Positions 38,898 through 52,699 of a stretch of DNA of 64,000 bases are shown piece after piece. Each line of letters opens with the position of its first letter. The first letter of the stretch is position 1. Both the position numbers and the translations under genes were made by a program. This stretch comes from Octopus vulgaris (lineage: Eukaryota), in the NCBI GenBank assembly GCA_951406725.2, contig OX597825.1, positions 70,804,001-70,868,000 of the forward strand, written 5' to 3'. The notes beneath the pieces were generated by a model. It was not told where the DNA came from, made no database searches, and worked only from the letters and a program-made list of their open reading frames with translations.

Positions 38898-40226
38898 TCA
38901 CATATATACGACGGGCTTCTTTCAGTTTCCATCTACCAAATCCACTCACAAGGCTTTGGTCAGCCCGAGGCTATAGTAGAAGACACTCGCCAAAGGTGCC
39001 ACACAATGGGACTGAAACCGGAACCATGTGGTTGGTAAGCAAGCTACTTACCACACAGCCACTCCTGCGCTTATATATGATACAAAAAAATGTAAAGTTC
39101 TTTGCTGAGTCAAATAGACTCATAAGGACCGGTTTCCTCATTTCTATGGCGTATATATTCCCCACCTGGACAGGACGTCAGTCTGTCGCAGTATTACACA
39201 TTTTAATCCCAGCTAAGTGGACTGGAGCATCATGAAATGAAGTGTTTTGCTCAAGAACACAATGTGCTGCCTGGTCCAGAAATCAAAACCACAATCTTAC
39301 AATCAAGAGTTCAATACCCCTAACCAGAAAGCTACATGCCTCCAGTATATATATATATATACATACATACACACATACACACACACACATGAATATAAAC
39401 TTTCCAAGTTCAGAACATTCTGAGTAATGATACTGGTGACCCCAATCAAAATAAATTTAATACTTGAACCAGCCAGGATCCCTGGTCTGGTGGTACGTAA
39501 AAAGCACTATCCGACTCATGGCCGATGCCAGCACCGCCTCGACTGGCTTCCGTGCCGGTGGCACATAAAATACACCAATCCGACCGTGGCCGTTGCCAGC
39601 CTCACCTGGCACCTGTGCAGGTGGCACGTAAAAAGCACCCACTACACTCACGGAGTGGTTGGCATAGGAAGGGCATCCAGCTGTAGAAACATTGCCAGAT
39701 TAGACTGGAGCCTGGTGCAGCCTTCTGGCTTCCCAGATCCCCGGTCGAACCATCCAACCCATGCTAGCATGGAGAACGGACGTTAAACGATGATGATGAT
39801 GATGATGATACTACAACAAATATTGAGTACTTTCTTGTCCTCTTTGCGTTATAAGATCACAAGATTTATACTTAACAAACAGGACTTGATCTCAAATAAC
39901 AACTATACTACTTCTTCATACTTATTGCCAACTCATCAGAAGATGGGGGTTTTTTTGTGCTTTGTTATTTGGTTTTTCCTCTCTTCACTTTGTTTTAAAG
40001 AACAAATGATCTGGACACACCCAATGAGTTGGCAATAACCAGGGGAAACTAGTTGAGTTGTTCTTCACGTCATTCTGAAAGAGGGGGGGAAGAGAAGAAG
40101 AAAAGAAAGAAAGAGATGGAGATATATGGGGAGGGGGGAAACATAGAGAGAGAAAGGTTCATGTATACTTACTAAACAAATATACAATTATTTATAATTT
40201 ATCCACACACACAAGTCACAATACTT

Positions 40227-40260
<34 letters not shown>

Positions 40261-40263
40261 ATG

Positions 40264-40338
<75 letters not shown>

Positions 40339-40392
40339 GCGAACAGACAGATACAAATACACACAGAAACACACACATATACACATATATAC

Positions 40393-40501
<109 letters not shown>

Positions 40502-41571
40502 TATATAGAGGGACTGAGACAGACAGACAGATACAAATGCACACACAAACATACACACACACTAAAATAATATAAAATATCATAAAACTATGAACAGTAC
40601 ACCCGCTACCTCTTAAATATTAAATTTTCAAACTCAAATTGCCAGTACTAATCCTGGTAATTTGGTAGATGAAGACAAAAATTAGTGAATAGGAATACTA
40701 ATTGTTGAGGACAGTTGAAGCAGGGAGTGGAAGAGGAAGATAGAGAGGAGGGGGTAGGTGGAGAGAAGTTTGAATGTTTAAATAATTTTAACTGAGATGT
40801 TTTATCAAGTTTTTTGGGGGGGTTTTTTTGTGAAGTAATAAGAAGAAAAGAATTGGAAACCAGTCATTAGGATTTGAAGTGTCTGGAACAATGACAGGGT
40901 ATACTGGAGATAAATAATTACAGTGGTGGCGCTTAGATCTGTGTCTGCGCGCACGCATGTGTGTGTGTGTGTGCGCGCGCATGTGTGCATGTGTGTGTCT
41001 GTGTAACAATTTTTCCTGTATGTTTATGTGCGTGTGTGTGGTTGTGTAACTACTTTTGGTGAGTGTGTTTCTGTGTGCGTGTGTGAGAGAGAGAGGGAGA
41101 GAAGGGGAGAGGGGGAGAGGGAGGGAGAAAGAGAGAGAGTGTGCATGTTGCTGAGAAATATATAGATGCATGTGTATATCTGTAAAGCTGTAAATTAGTG
41201 TGTGTGTGTGTGTATGCACATGTGTGTGTGTGTCTGTGTGCACATGTGTGTGTGTGTCCGTCCCCTATATTCATAGTTATATAATATGGCCGAGTACGTA
41301 TGAGGATTCGACCATGTAAATACATGGGTGTTACAATGTGTTTTGTCCCCATCTGGTGTTAAGCAGCTGGCTCTAAGAACATCTCAGCTACAATAGCATT
41401 GTTTTTGTGTGTGTGTGTCTTTGTCGATGCCCCTCCTCTCCACTACCACTTGACAACCAGTGTTGGCTTGTTCGCATCCCTACGACATAGCAGTTCAGTA
41501 AAAAAACCAATAGAAAAAGCACCAGGCTCAAAAGAAAAAATATGTACAGGGGTCATTTTGCTCGACTAAAC

Positions 41572-42365
41572 CCGGGGTTCTCAACCACTTTCTATCTACG
41601 GACCAACTCCTTTGATTACTATTTTATTCGGGGGGGGGGGGGACCCCTATAACCATTTGATGCTTAAAAGTTTTATTGCAACTTCTTTCAAAATTCCTAT
41701 TTTGTTTTTCACACATCAACTTGTGTAGGTTGAACTATGTAAAATATTAGAAAAAGAAACCTAGCTGTGTTTTCCAACACATACCAATACATATACTTAA
41801 AGCAGGGGTTCTCAACTATTTTTCATCTATGGACCCCTTTAATTACTATTTTATTCTAGTTGGCCCCCATAGCCATTTGATGTTTGGAAGTTTTATAGAA
41901 ACTATTTTCAAAATCCCTATTTTGTTTTTCACACATTCATTTGTGTAGGTTGAACTATGTAAAATATTTGAGAAAGAAACCTAGCTGTGTTTTCCAATAC
42001 ATACCAATACATATACTTAAAGCAGGGGTTCTCAACTATTTTTTATCTATGGACCCCTTTGATTACAATTTTATTCTAGTTGGCCCCCATAGCCATTCGG
42101 TGTTTAGTTTTATAGAAACTTCTTCCAAAGTTCTTATTTTGTTTTCCACACATAAACTTGTGTGTGTTTAACTATGTGAAATGTTAGAGAAAGAAACCTA
42201 GCTGTTTCTTGCAATACATACCAATACATACATCTAAAGCAACATTTATTCAGGGACCCTTAAAATACTATTGTGGATCCCTAATTTACTATTTTATTGC
42301 ATGGCCTCCACCAAAATCTTATATGGACCCTCAAGGGTCAAATGGATTCCTGTTGAGAACCACTC
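41572..42365. mobile_element. hAT MITE with an internal ~220-230 bp triplication, inserted in a SINE
   Basis: C(A/C)GGGGTTCTCAAC at 41572, 41803 and 42023. Right end GTTGAGAACCACTC. Imperfect TSD GACTAAAC/AACTAAAA. The SINE sequence resumes on both sides. Confidence 0.8.
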
Positions 42366-44896
42366 AACTAAAACCTTCAAGTGATGCTCCAGCATGGCTG
42401 CTATCCAATGACTGAAACATGTAAAAGATAAAAGACAACAATTTTATATAAGCAAAAAGTGTCCTGACAAAACGCAGTCACAGACAACAAGCAATGGAAA
42501 GGAAAGAGAGGACAAAACAAACCAACGTTAGGGAATATCATTTATCTTCTACCTTTTATTTGTCTCAGTCACTGGACTGCGGCCATGCTGGGGCACCACC
42601 ATGAAGGGTTTTAGTTAAATGCCTTGATATCAGTATTTATCAGGTTTTGTTTTTTTTAAGCCTAGTACTTATTCTATCAGTGTTTTATGCCAAACTGCTA
42701 AGTTATGGAGACATAAACAAACAAATACTGGTTACACACATCAAAACAAGAGACTGAATAAGTTTTTGGAATTATCTATACTCTATTATGTATGTTTCAT
42801 TTGCTAATAGGAGTTACAAAACTGTACATGCAGAAAAAAACCTGTAATATATTTGCGAGTATGCATGTATATTCTGACTGAATCTTCCATGTGTTAACAT
42901 GTACCGCCTTGCAACAACATAAACTTTCATTTAATCAAGATATCCTTGGCCTGAAAAGTAGCCTACAGTATACATCTTGCTAGGATATTTACCACTTCTG
43001 AGGTTCCGCTCATTATGGAACATATGTAACCCAGATCTTATCCACTCTGTTCCTTAACTCTTGTATTCTTATTCGCATACCCAGCAACCCTGGTTGCCTA
43101 CCATGAAATATAAAAAGAACTGTTTTCAGTTTGTCATACTTCGATACAAAAAAAAAAAAAATCCACAACCTTCCATCTCAATAAACCACTATTGTCTCTA
43201 AAAGCTGTTTTTTATATTTACTACAGATTGCTTGAAGCAAAGTTTCTTCCTTCACATAGATTCCTGTGCCAGTGGCACATAAAAGACACCATTCGAGCGT
43301 GATCGTTACCAGCATCGCCTTACTGGCACCCGTGCCGGTGGCATGTGTAAAGGATTCGAGTGAGGTCATTGCCAGTGCCGCCTGACTGGCCCCATGCTGG
43401 TGGCGTATAAAGGCACCCGCTACACTCTGGTTAGCGTTAGGAAGGGCATCCAGCTGTAGAAACTCTGCCAGATCAAGATTGAGGCATGGTGCAGCCATCT
43501 GGTTCGCCAGCCCTCAGCCAATCGTCCAACCCATGCTAGCATGGAAAGCAGACGTTAAAGGATGATGATGTTGATGATGATATATATATATATTGTTCAC
43601 ACACACACACAACGTAGATAGATAATGGCAGGATCTATGTAGACACACATTTCCTTAACTGTATCCTTGTGAAGATAGGCCTTTGCACCCAAAATATAAA
43701 AGGTATTTTACACTTTCTGCATTGTTAGAAGTCCCCTCTCTCTCTCTCTCTCTGTATGTATGTATGTATATATATAGAAGGTTGACACTCAGTGATTTCA
43801 TTGGAAATGGCTATCAAAATGACACTTTGGTAAGCCACCTCCTATGAAACTTCGAAGTAGCTGTCAATCAGCCTTACTTTATTATGTTTGCTTGCCTCTA
43901 CAATTTATATTGAGTCCTTGGTACAGTGGATGTCATTATTATACATTTAAGAACATGTATTAAAACATTCAATAGACAACACATATTAATGCACACACAA
44001 TGGGTGTTCAAGAGTTCTGAGTATGACTATAATTTAATATAAAATTAAAGTATACATTTCCTGCTGTCAAGTACACTGAGCTGAAAACTATAGAAATATC
44101 TGTGTGTGTATGTATTTAATAAACAACAGCTCTTATAAAAATAATCTAATTTCCTTCTCTACAGATTATGAGCAAATTCTGTCTAAAAGGAAACAAACTT
44201 TGTCAGAGCCATTATTTGTGCTCTTTTTCTAATAAATACACTCCACTCTACATGCATAGCATTGAGTACTTGGCATCAAATTGTTCTATTCTAGTTTTTT
44301 TCTTTTTCACTAGAAACATAGAACAATTATGTATGTATGTATGCATGTACATGTATATGCGTGTGTGTGTGTATGTGTGAGTGAGGATGGATAGATGGAT
44401 GTAGTATATATATTGTGGGCTTCTTTCTGTCGACTGAACCCATTTACAAGGATTTGGTCAGCCTGCAGCTATATCAAAAGATAGTTGCACAGGGTGCCAT
44501 ACAGTAGGACTGAAACCAAAACTACATAGCTAAAAGCAAACTTCTTACCCACACAACCAACTGCCTTCCCTTTCCTCTCTCTCTCACTCTGTATATATAT
44601 ATATATATATATCATCATCATCATCATCATCATTGTTTAATGTCCATCTTCCATGCATGCATGGGTAAGATGGTTTGACAGGAGCCAGCCAGTACCCTAG
44701 GCTACTGTGTCTGTTTTGGCAAGGAATTTACTGCTGGATGCCCTTCCTAACACCAACCACCCAGCAGAGTGATCCCATTTATTTTTATATGGCACTAGCA
44801 CAGGTGAGGTTAGTTTTGGTATGATTTTTACAGCTGGATGCCCTTCCAAACACCAACCACATTACAGTATGGACTGGATGTTTTTAACATGGCAAA

Positions 44897-45368
44897 GAAA
44901 AGAATCCATTTTTCATCACATGTAACAATACAATGCAAAACTAGTTCACTTTTATGCCATGACAGCAAAGAACAGCAAGTTTCAAGATGACGTGTCATTT
45001 GATGCTTGTTCAGTTGGTGTAGTAGCCACTAGTCCAGCTTCTTTACCTTGCCAATTTGTTTCTGATGGTCCAGTACAGTTGGAGTCGAAACCTCAAACCT
45101 TGCTGTTAACTCACGTGTAGTTTGAGATGTATCTGCTTCCATTACAGTTTCCAGCTCATCGTTATCCACTTTGGCCTCAGGTCTACCACAGGGCTGATTT
45201 TCAAGAGTAAAGTTACCAAACCAGAACTTCTCAAACCATCAACATACAGTGTGTTCATTCGCCAAATCTTCACCAAACACCTCGTTGATATTTCAAGCTG
45301 TCTGGGATGCATTGGTTCCATGAGAGAACTCATATTCTTAAAACAACACGAATTTTTGATGTATCCAT
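44897..45368 (-). pseudogene. Decayed mariner transposase, N-terminal part (HTH region to first catalytic Asp)
   Basis: Manual translation with a frameshift and stops: MDTSKIRV/EYEFSHGTNASQTA*NINEVFGEDLANEHTVC*WFEKFWFGNFTLENQPCGRPEAKVDNDELETVMEADTSQTTREL...QIGKVKKLD*WLLHQL...CIVTCDEKWILF. This matches mariner motifs WF.KF, GRP, WVPHEL-like and TGDEKW. It is cut by a SINE near 44893. Confidence 0.88.
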
Positions 45369-46052
45369 GGGTTCACGAAAATTGGTTTACAAGAGAAAAC
45401 TCACAATATAATCAGACACCATGAATTGCATTTCGAAAAGTGATGATGTAATTCTTCAATATTGTAAAACAAAGAATTGCCAGGCTAAAACATGAGGGTT
45501 AAAGACTGTCAAACTTGGTGCTTAAGAAAATCAGACGTTTCGCTCTTAATGACCTGATACAACACACACACATGCACGTGCACACACACACATACACACA
45601 TATACACATGATGAGTGTTCAGTTTCCGTCTACAGGACTGGTTAGTCCAGGGGGCAGCAAAAAATATATTTTTTAAAGAATCATCATAAATGTAAAACAT
45701 GAAATTGGTATGAAGACTAAAAACTGAAGTTCAAATGGAGCACCACCCCCAACGGGAAAGAAAAATAAAAAAGGAAAGAAAAAAAAAATAGGGTGAGAGT
45801 TTGGAAACTTCAGAAGGAAAAACAAAAACAAAAAGTGGAAAAAAAAAAGTCTCTAGATGGCACTGTAGCTATAAATAATTTCTTCAATGTAATAAGAGAG
45901 TTAATTGAATTGGAAGGAAACTCTATAGGCTTTGAAATGTGTTCGACAACTTGGGTATGTGCGTGTACATGTGTATGTGCTTGTCCCACCCATAAAAGCA
46001 AGGTGGGGTGAAAATGATGACGACAATGATGATGATGATAATGATGATGATG

Positions 46053-46084
<32 letters not shown>

Positions 46085-46088
46085 GATA

Positions 46089-46119
<31 letters not shown>

Positions 46120-47533
46120 ATGTGTATGAATGAATGTATGTATGTATGTAACTTCTCACTTGGGACTGAGTAAAGAAGTTTAGTAAACAAGAGGAAGGGA
46201 CAATGAGAAAGAGGAGAAGAAGAGAGAGGAGGTAAGAATGAAAGGAGTGAAATATGTGAAAGGAAAAGTGTGTGTGTGCATGTGTGTGAATATATTTACT
46301 GTTATTGTTTGTTATTTTCGAATGCTCGAGTAAGTTGGAAAGTGTTGTGTTTGTGTGTTTACTAAAATCCACCGTTCAGCCTTGTTCCTTCCAATATGTT
46401 GGACAGGCTTCAAGAAAGTTCCCATCTGCTCAACCTCTGGCCTTCCTGTGTTGTCTCACATCCAAAAATCATCTGCATTCAGGAAATAAAAACTGTTTAA
46501 CTGGAAAAAGCTTCTCTACCTAAAAACACAACCGTCAATTCTTTCACAACGACAACGACCACCACCAATCACTGCCAGCATTACCACCCCCATAAGCAAT
46601 TTGTACATACTCAGTTGACTTCCTAGAAACAGCAGCCAAAACTTCCTCAAATCACATTCTATTGTCTTTAGCAAAAAAACATATTAGATAATATCATTTA
46701 ACACTTACTTTTACATGTGTGTGTGTGTGTGTGTGTGTTACTGTCTCCTTGCCTTGGCATCTCATGATAGTTGTAAATGAGTATCAAAACCACAAAATAG
46801 TGTCCTTTTCTTTTAATCACCACCACCACCACCACCACCACCATCACCATCACCATCACCATCACCATCATCATCATCATCTAACATTTCTTTCTCCAAG
46901 CAGGCATGAGTTGGACAGTCCGACAAGAACAGGCAAAACCAGAGGGCTTCACTGGGTTCCATGTCTGCTTCAGCATGGTTTCCACAACTGGATGTCCTTC
47001 CTAACGCTGACCACTTAACAAGGTGTACTGGCTGCTCTTTCACGTGGAACCAGCACCAGTGAGGTTGCCAAGTATTCGCAAGACAAGACACTCTCAACTG
47101 AGCAGGGTATAGACTGGAGAAATAAGAAACTATGATGGAAGGGTGAAGAGCAGGTGTCTTGCTGAAGAGGTGAACACATGGCTTGAAAATAGGTAAGGGT
47201 TGGCAACGGGAAGAGCATCTGGCTGTAGAAAATCCGCCTCAACAAATTCCGTGTAACCCATGTTAGCACGGAAAAGTGAACAATAAAATGATGATGATGA
47301 TGATGATGTATCTTCCCTTCCAGCTCCCCTCCAAGCACACCAACCTTCATGTTGCCCAATCATTCTAACACAGAATGTCAATCTACTGGAACTAGATCAA
47401 GTTGGCTCTGAACAATCAAAAACCAATCTAAGCACAACACACATTCAAGTTATGTCCACAAAGCGGATCCTTGTTGGCTAGTAGAAGTAGTGTTGGTGGC
47501 GGTGGCGGCGGCAGCGGCGGCAGCAGTTGTTAC

Positions 47534-47594
<61 letters not shown>

Positions 47595-47900
47595 ATGGCG
47601 ATGGTGGAGGTGGTGATTGCAGTGATGGAGGTTATGGTGGTGGTGGTGATGGTGGAACGGTGGTGATGGTTTACGTGGTCATGGCGGTGTTGGTTATGCA
47701 CAACAAAGGTATATTTCTATGCCGGTGCAGCCGTGCAGTCAATAACGATGGCAGATATGTTTATTGTACTCGAATCTATTCAAAAATGATGATCAAATAA
47801 AGGTAAAATATTGAAGAAAAAAAAAGAAAAAGCTACATTTATTTTTAGATAGAGATAATTTTATCTTGTAATGTTGTAATAGAATTTACTTCAAACAACC

Positions 47901-48011
<111 letters not shown>

Positions 48012-48012
48012 G

Positions 48013-48043
<31 letters not shown>

Positions 48044-48046
48044 ACA

Positions 48047-48126
48047 TAAAGGGTTCCCTAAATTATCCTTACAACTTTCGCCAAGCATTGTATTAAATTG
48101 TAAATGGAATTTATGGACATCCTATA
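48047..48126. mobile_element. Very short Tc1/mariner-like MITE relic
   Basis: Imperfect TIRs TAAAGGGTTCCCTAAATT / AATTTATGGACATCCTATA in a TA context. Confidence 0.4.
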
Positions 48127-48304
48127 ATATGTATATAAACACATATATATATACAGCCGAAATTTCCCATGATGAATCGGTTTCTGACTGAAGAATGAAG
48201 GCTCTGAATGACTGTCTGTTTTCCGTGTTCGTCAATTCGTGAATTTCACGTTCTTTATATATAAAGTTTTATTTTATTATATATATACATACACATATAT
48301 ACAT

Positions 48305-48337
<33 letters not shown>

Positions 48338-48392
48338 CACATATACATCATCATCATACATATACATATATACATCATCATCATACATATAC

Positions 48393-48443
<51 letters not shown>

Positions 48444-48969
48444 CATATAAACATAAATACATATACACACATACATATACAACTCCAATAGGTTTGTGTC
48501 CTCTCTCTGTGTGACATGAAATATATAAATACACAATGGCATTAATTATAACAGTAATTATAACATACTAAAATGATAATATATGTAAACTAAATCTGAC
48601 TAAATGTTGAGAAAACAGGGGGGAAAAAAACAGCGTCACAATTTCGTCAATAAAACTGGGTTTGTTATTTTACAAAAGAAAATGGAGGAAGTTCAGAAAG
48701 GAGAAGAGAGAAGAGTAAGGAGAGAGAGAGAGAGGCGGAGAGACCAAAAAAAAAAGAATTGGCAAATGAATGAAATAAAATGGTATTTATTGTGTTTTAT
48801 TGTGAAACTTGTTCTGTAAAAATATTGATTTTTGTTGTATTCTTTTACAAGCTGAGAGGGAAAGTGTGGGGTGAAGGGCGTGGAAGGAACAGAGTAAAGA
48901 ACTGATGAAACTACTAGAAAAGGAACAGACAATAAATGGCAAACAAATACATACACACATACATACATG

Positions 48970-49024
<55 letters not shown>

Positions 49025-49230
49025 ACATACAATGATATTTATATATAATGTGTGTATATATATATATATGTATATAATGTGTATGTATATATATATTTAT
49101 AAGAGATAGAGAGAATAATATACACACAGTAAGAGAGAAAGAAATGAATTTCCCATTATATATTTATGTATATAGCAGTATGTGTATATGTGTGTATGTA
49201 TTGCATACTATATTTTATGTGTATATGTGG

Positions 49231-49269
<39 letters not shown>

Positions 49270-49651
49270 TACAGACACACATAAACATACATACATATAT
49301 TCACACAGACACATATACACAAACAAACATACACATACAAACACACACAAAGGCATATATGTCTATATATATATATATATAACATGGGCGCGTGTGCACA
49401 CTCTCACGTACACACATGGTCACACACTGCAGAGCTTACACTAACAACACGCCATTAAAACCATCACTTTATTTCGAAAACAGGACTGTAAAGGTTTTGA
49501 AAACATTAATAGACTAATGGATTTAGGAATATTATTGTTTCAAATGGAACATAAAAAGACTAATAAGGCAATGTGAAAAATCCTTAATAAAAACAAAAAA
49601 GTTCAAACTTCAACATAGTTATGTTTTAGTAGATTTCAAACAGAAGATATT

Positions 49652-49685
<34 letters not shown>

Positions 49686-49733
49686 TTATTTTTGCATATA
49701 TAGAAATACATGTATGTACACACACACACACAT

Positions 49734-49780
<47 letters not shown>

Positions 49781-49803
49781 CATATATAGAAATAGATGTA
49801 CAT

Positions 49804-49844
<41 letters not shown>

Positions 49845-49963
49845 AAACTATACCATTGTATGTAAATGTAATCACAATCGTTTGATAAGTCTCAGTGCAC
49901 AAAACTCTTGGACACTGAATCATTCTGTAACTTCTGCCCTTTAATAATAATAATAATAATAAT

Positions 49964-50009
<46 letters not shown>

Positions 50010-50810
50010 TCATGTTTTGTGTTCTGTTTTCTTGATAATTATTGTCATCATATAACTACACTCTCGGAGTGGTTGGCATTAGAAAGGGTCATCCAGCTGT
50101 AGAAACTCTGCCAGATCGATTGGAGCCTGGTGCAGCCATCTGGTTCACCAGTCCTCAGTCAAATCATCCAACCCATGCTACCATAGAAACCGGACGTTAA
50201 ACGATGATGATGGTGATGATGATGATGATGATGATGATGAACATCTGTTTTCCATGCTGGCATGGATTGGATAGTTTGACAGGAACTGACAAGTCAGAAG
50301 ACTGTGTGTGTGCTAAGCTCAACTGGTTTCTTCTACGCCTGGATGCCTTTCCTAATGCCAACTACTTTATAGTGTGTGTGTGTGTGTGTGTTGAGTATAC
50401 AAATATATGTGCATGGCTGTGACATATGGGCATTGAAAGTGAACAACATGGAAAGGTTGTAAAGGAAACAAGTAAGCTCTGTTTACTATATAATGGCAAT
50501 AAGCATGAAAGGGCACAAATTGGTTATAAAGGGAGAAACATTGGATATAAAAGGAATCCGATGTGGTGTGCAAAGGGGACTTGCACTGATACAGACACAG
50601 GTGTTATCTGAGAAATGTCATTATGGTAACGAAGTAAGTGCGAAGAAATCCATTAGGAAGTGATGTGTAATGGGATGAAGATGCCATGAGAAGAAACGGT
50701 AACAAAAACTTCGGAGACTGATGATGATAATGATGATGAGGAGGAGGAGGAGGAGTAGGAGGGATAATGATAATGATGATGACAATGTGAAGGATAATAT
50801 ATCTCTAGAG

Positions 50811-51018
50811 CAGTGGTTCCCAACGGTTTTTTTTTGCACCCGCAACCCCTTACCCAAAAGCTTAAAACCCATGTGACCCCTTACTAACAGCAGAGCATAA
50901 AAAATGTACCTGATCAGTTAAAATTAATATTATCCCAAGCCACTTCTAGCAAGGCTATGCAAACTCCCCGCCTCCTGCCCCTGGTGGGGGGGGGGGAACC
51001 ACTAGTTGGAAACCTCTG
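50811..51018. mobile_element. hAT (Charlie-like) MITE
   Basis: TIRs CAGTGGTTCCCAAC / GTTGGAAACCTCTG. Perfect 8-bp TSD CTCTAGAG at 50803-50810 and 51019-51026. Confidence 0.9.
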
Positions 51019-51776
51019 CTCTAGAGTAATAATCCTTTCTACTATAGGCACAAGGCCTGAAATTTTGGGGAAAGGGACTAGTCAATTACATCGCCCCCAG
51101 TGCATAACTGGAATTTATTTCATCAACCACAAAAAGACAAAAAGCAAAGTCGACCTCGATGGAATTTGAACTCAGAACATAAGGACAGACAAAATGCTGC
51201 GAAGCATTTTGCCTGGCATGCTAATGATTCTGCCAGCTCACCACCTTTGTCTGGAGTAATAATGAGCAAGAAGGTACTTCAAGACATAAACTAAACTACA
51301 AACTGAATTTGATTGACTAAAACCAGCAGTGGCTGACAAACTGTTAAATAAATTTCCTTATGTGACAGCCACACAGTTAATCAGATCATCCTTATGAAAA
51401 GCAATATTTCCAACACAGGGATCTTGATGAGCTGTGTGATTCTTAATAAAAAAGGAAACTATTAGTAGCATTGGTTTCAGTCTTCTAAATATCATCATCA
51501 TAGGTTTAACATTCATTTTTCCTTGCTTGCATGGGTTAGAAGGGATGGCTGGACACTCTCCTAGTCACCAACCTTCATCTGTTTCCAAACAAGTTAATAT
51601 TACATGAAAACATGTCCCCCCCCCCAGTCCACATATTTTCACAGAAGACAGCAAACAAGCAACAACACTTGCATGATGTTTTCTTTACAATTAGCACATG
51701 ATGATTTTTTTTTTTTTACAATTAGCACATGATGTTTTGTTTACAATTAGCACAAGGACAAAAAAAGGGACAGAAA

Positions 51777-51809
<33 letters not shown>

Positions 51810-52343
51810 CACACATACACACACAACACACATACACACACAACACACATATACAAATATATGACAAGCTTCTTTTTAGTTTCCGACTACGAATTCCACT
51901 AAAAAGTCTACGGCTATAGCAGATGATACTTATCCAAAATGCCATGCTATAGGACTGAACCCAAAACCATGTGATTGCAAACCAAATTTTTTAGCCAAAG
52001 ACAGACAGACAGACACACACACACACACACATCCTCAAAATGCAACTGAAGGAAATTTGGCTGCTATCACTAGCAGTTTAAATACTCACACAGAAGTCCC
52101 TTTTCTCGTCTCAAACACTCTTCATACTGTATTTACAAGCATTTCCATAATTATTTACCTTAGAGAATCTATTATTTCGGTAAAATTAAAAAAAAAAAAA
52201 AATTAAATAATCCTTCCACCTGCAGAGTTTGAACTTGAAATGCAACTAGTTAATACTAAACACTGCAACGTAGTATTTTAGCCTGGTGCTCTGCTGTCTT
52301 TGAAACATGTATTGATTTATTCATTGATTCACATGTGATGCTA

Positions 52344-52387
<44 letters not shown>

Positions 52388-52699
52388 GCGTTTACTGCAT
52401 TTCCCTTCATCGCTGAATGTCTTACCTTTGTTGTAGTATTAACAGAAAGCAGTGTAGCTGGCTTCACAGCACTTCATATCTTGTTGACATTTTTCAAGAT
52501 ATTATGAATCAATGAATCATACTCTCGCCCAGATTATATTAACGGCAAAGGCAAAGTTGCTGATACATAAATTTTCGACTGCCTTGGCAGGATTTCATTT
52601 TTCTAATTTTGGATGGTAGCGTCTCAGCTGTTCCCTTCACAGAAACTCTCATAAGAGATCACAAGTTGAAAAGACACTCGAGACAACATATACATCATT

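Noticed and set aside
45106-45500. Possible piggyBac ends (TTAAC..GAGGGTTAA)
   Set aside because: The inverted match is poor, and the interior is explained by the mariner transposase relic.
48154-48280. CTGAAGA-containing cassette in (TA)n as a fifth hammerhead
   Set aside because: The GAAA box and stems II/III are too degenerate to support from this copy alone.
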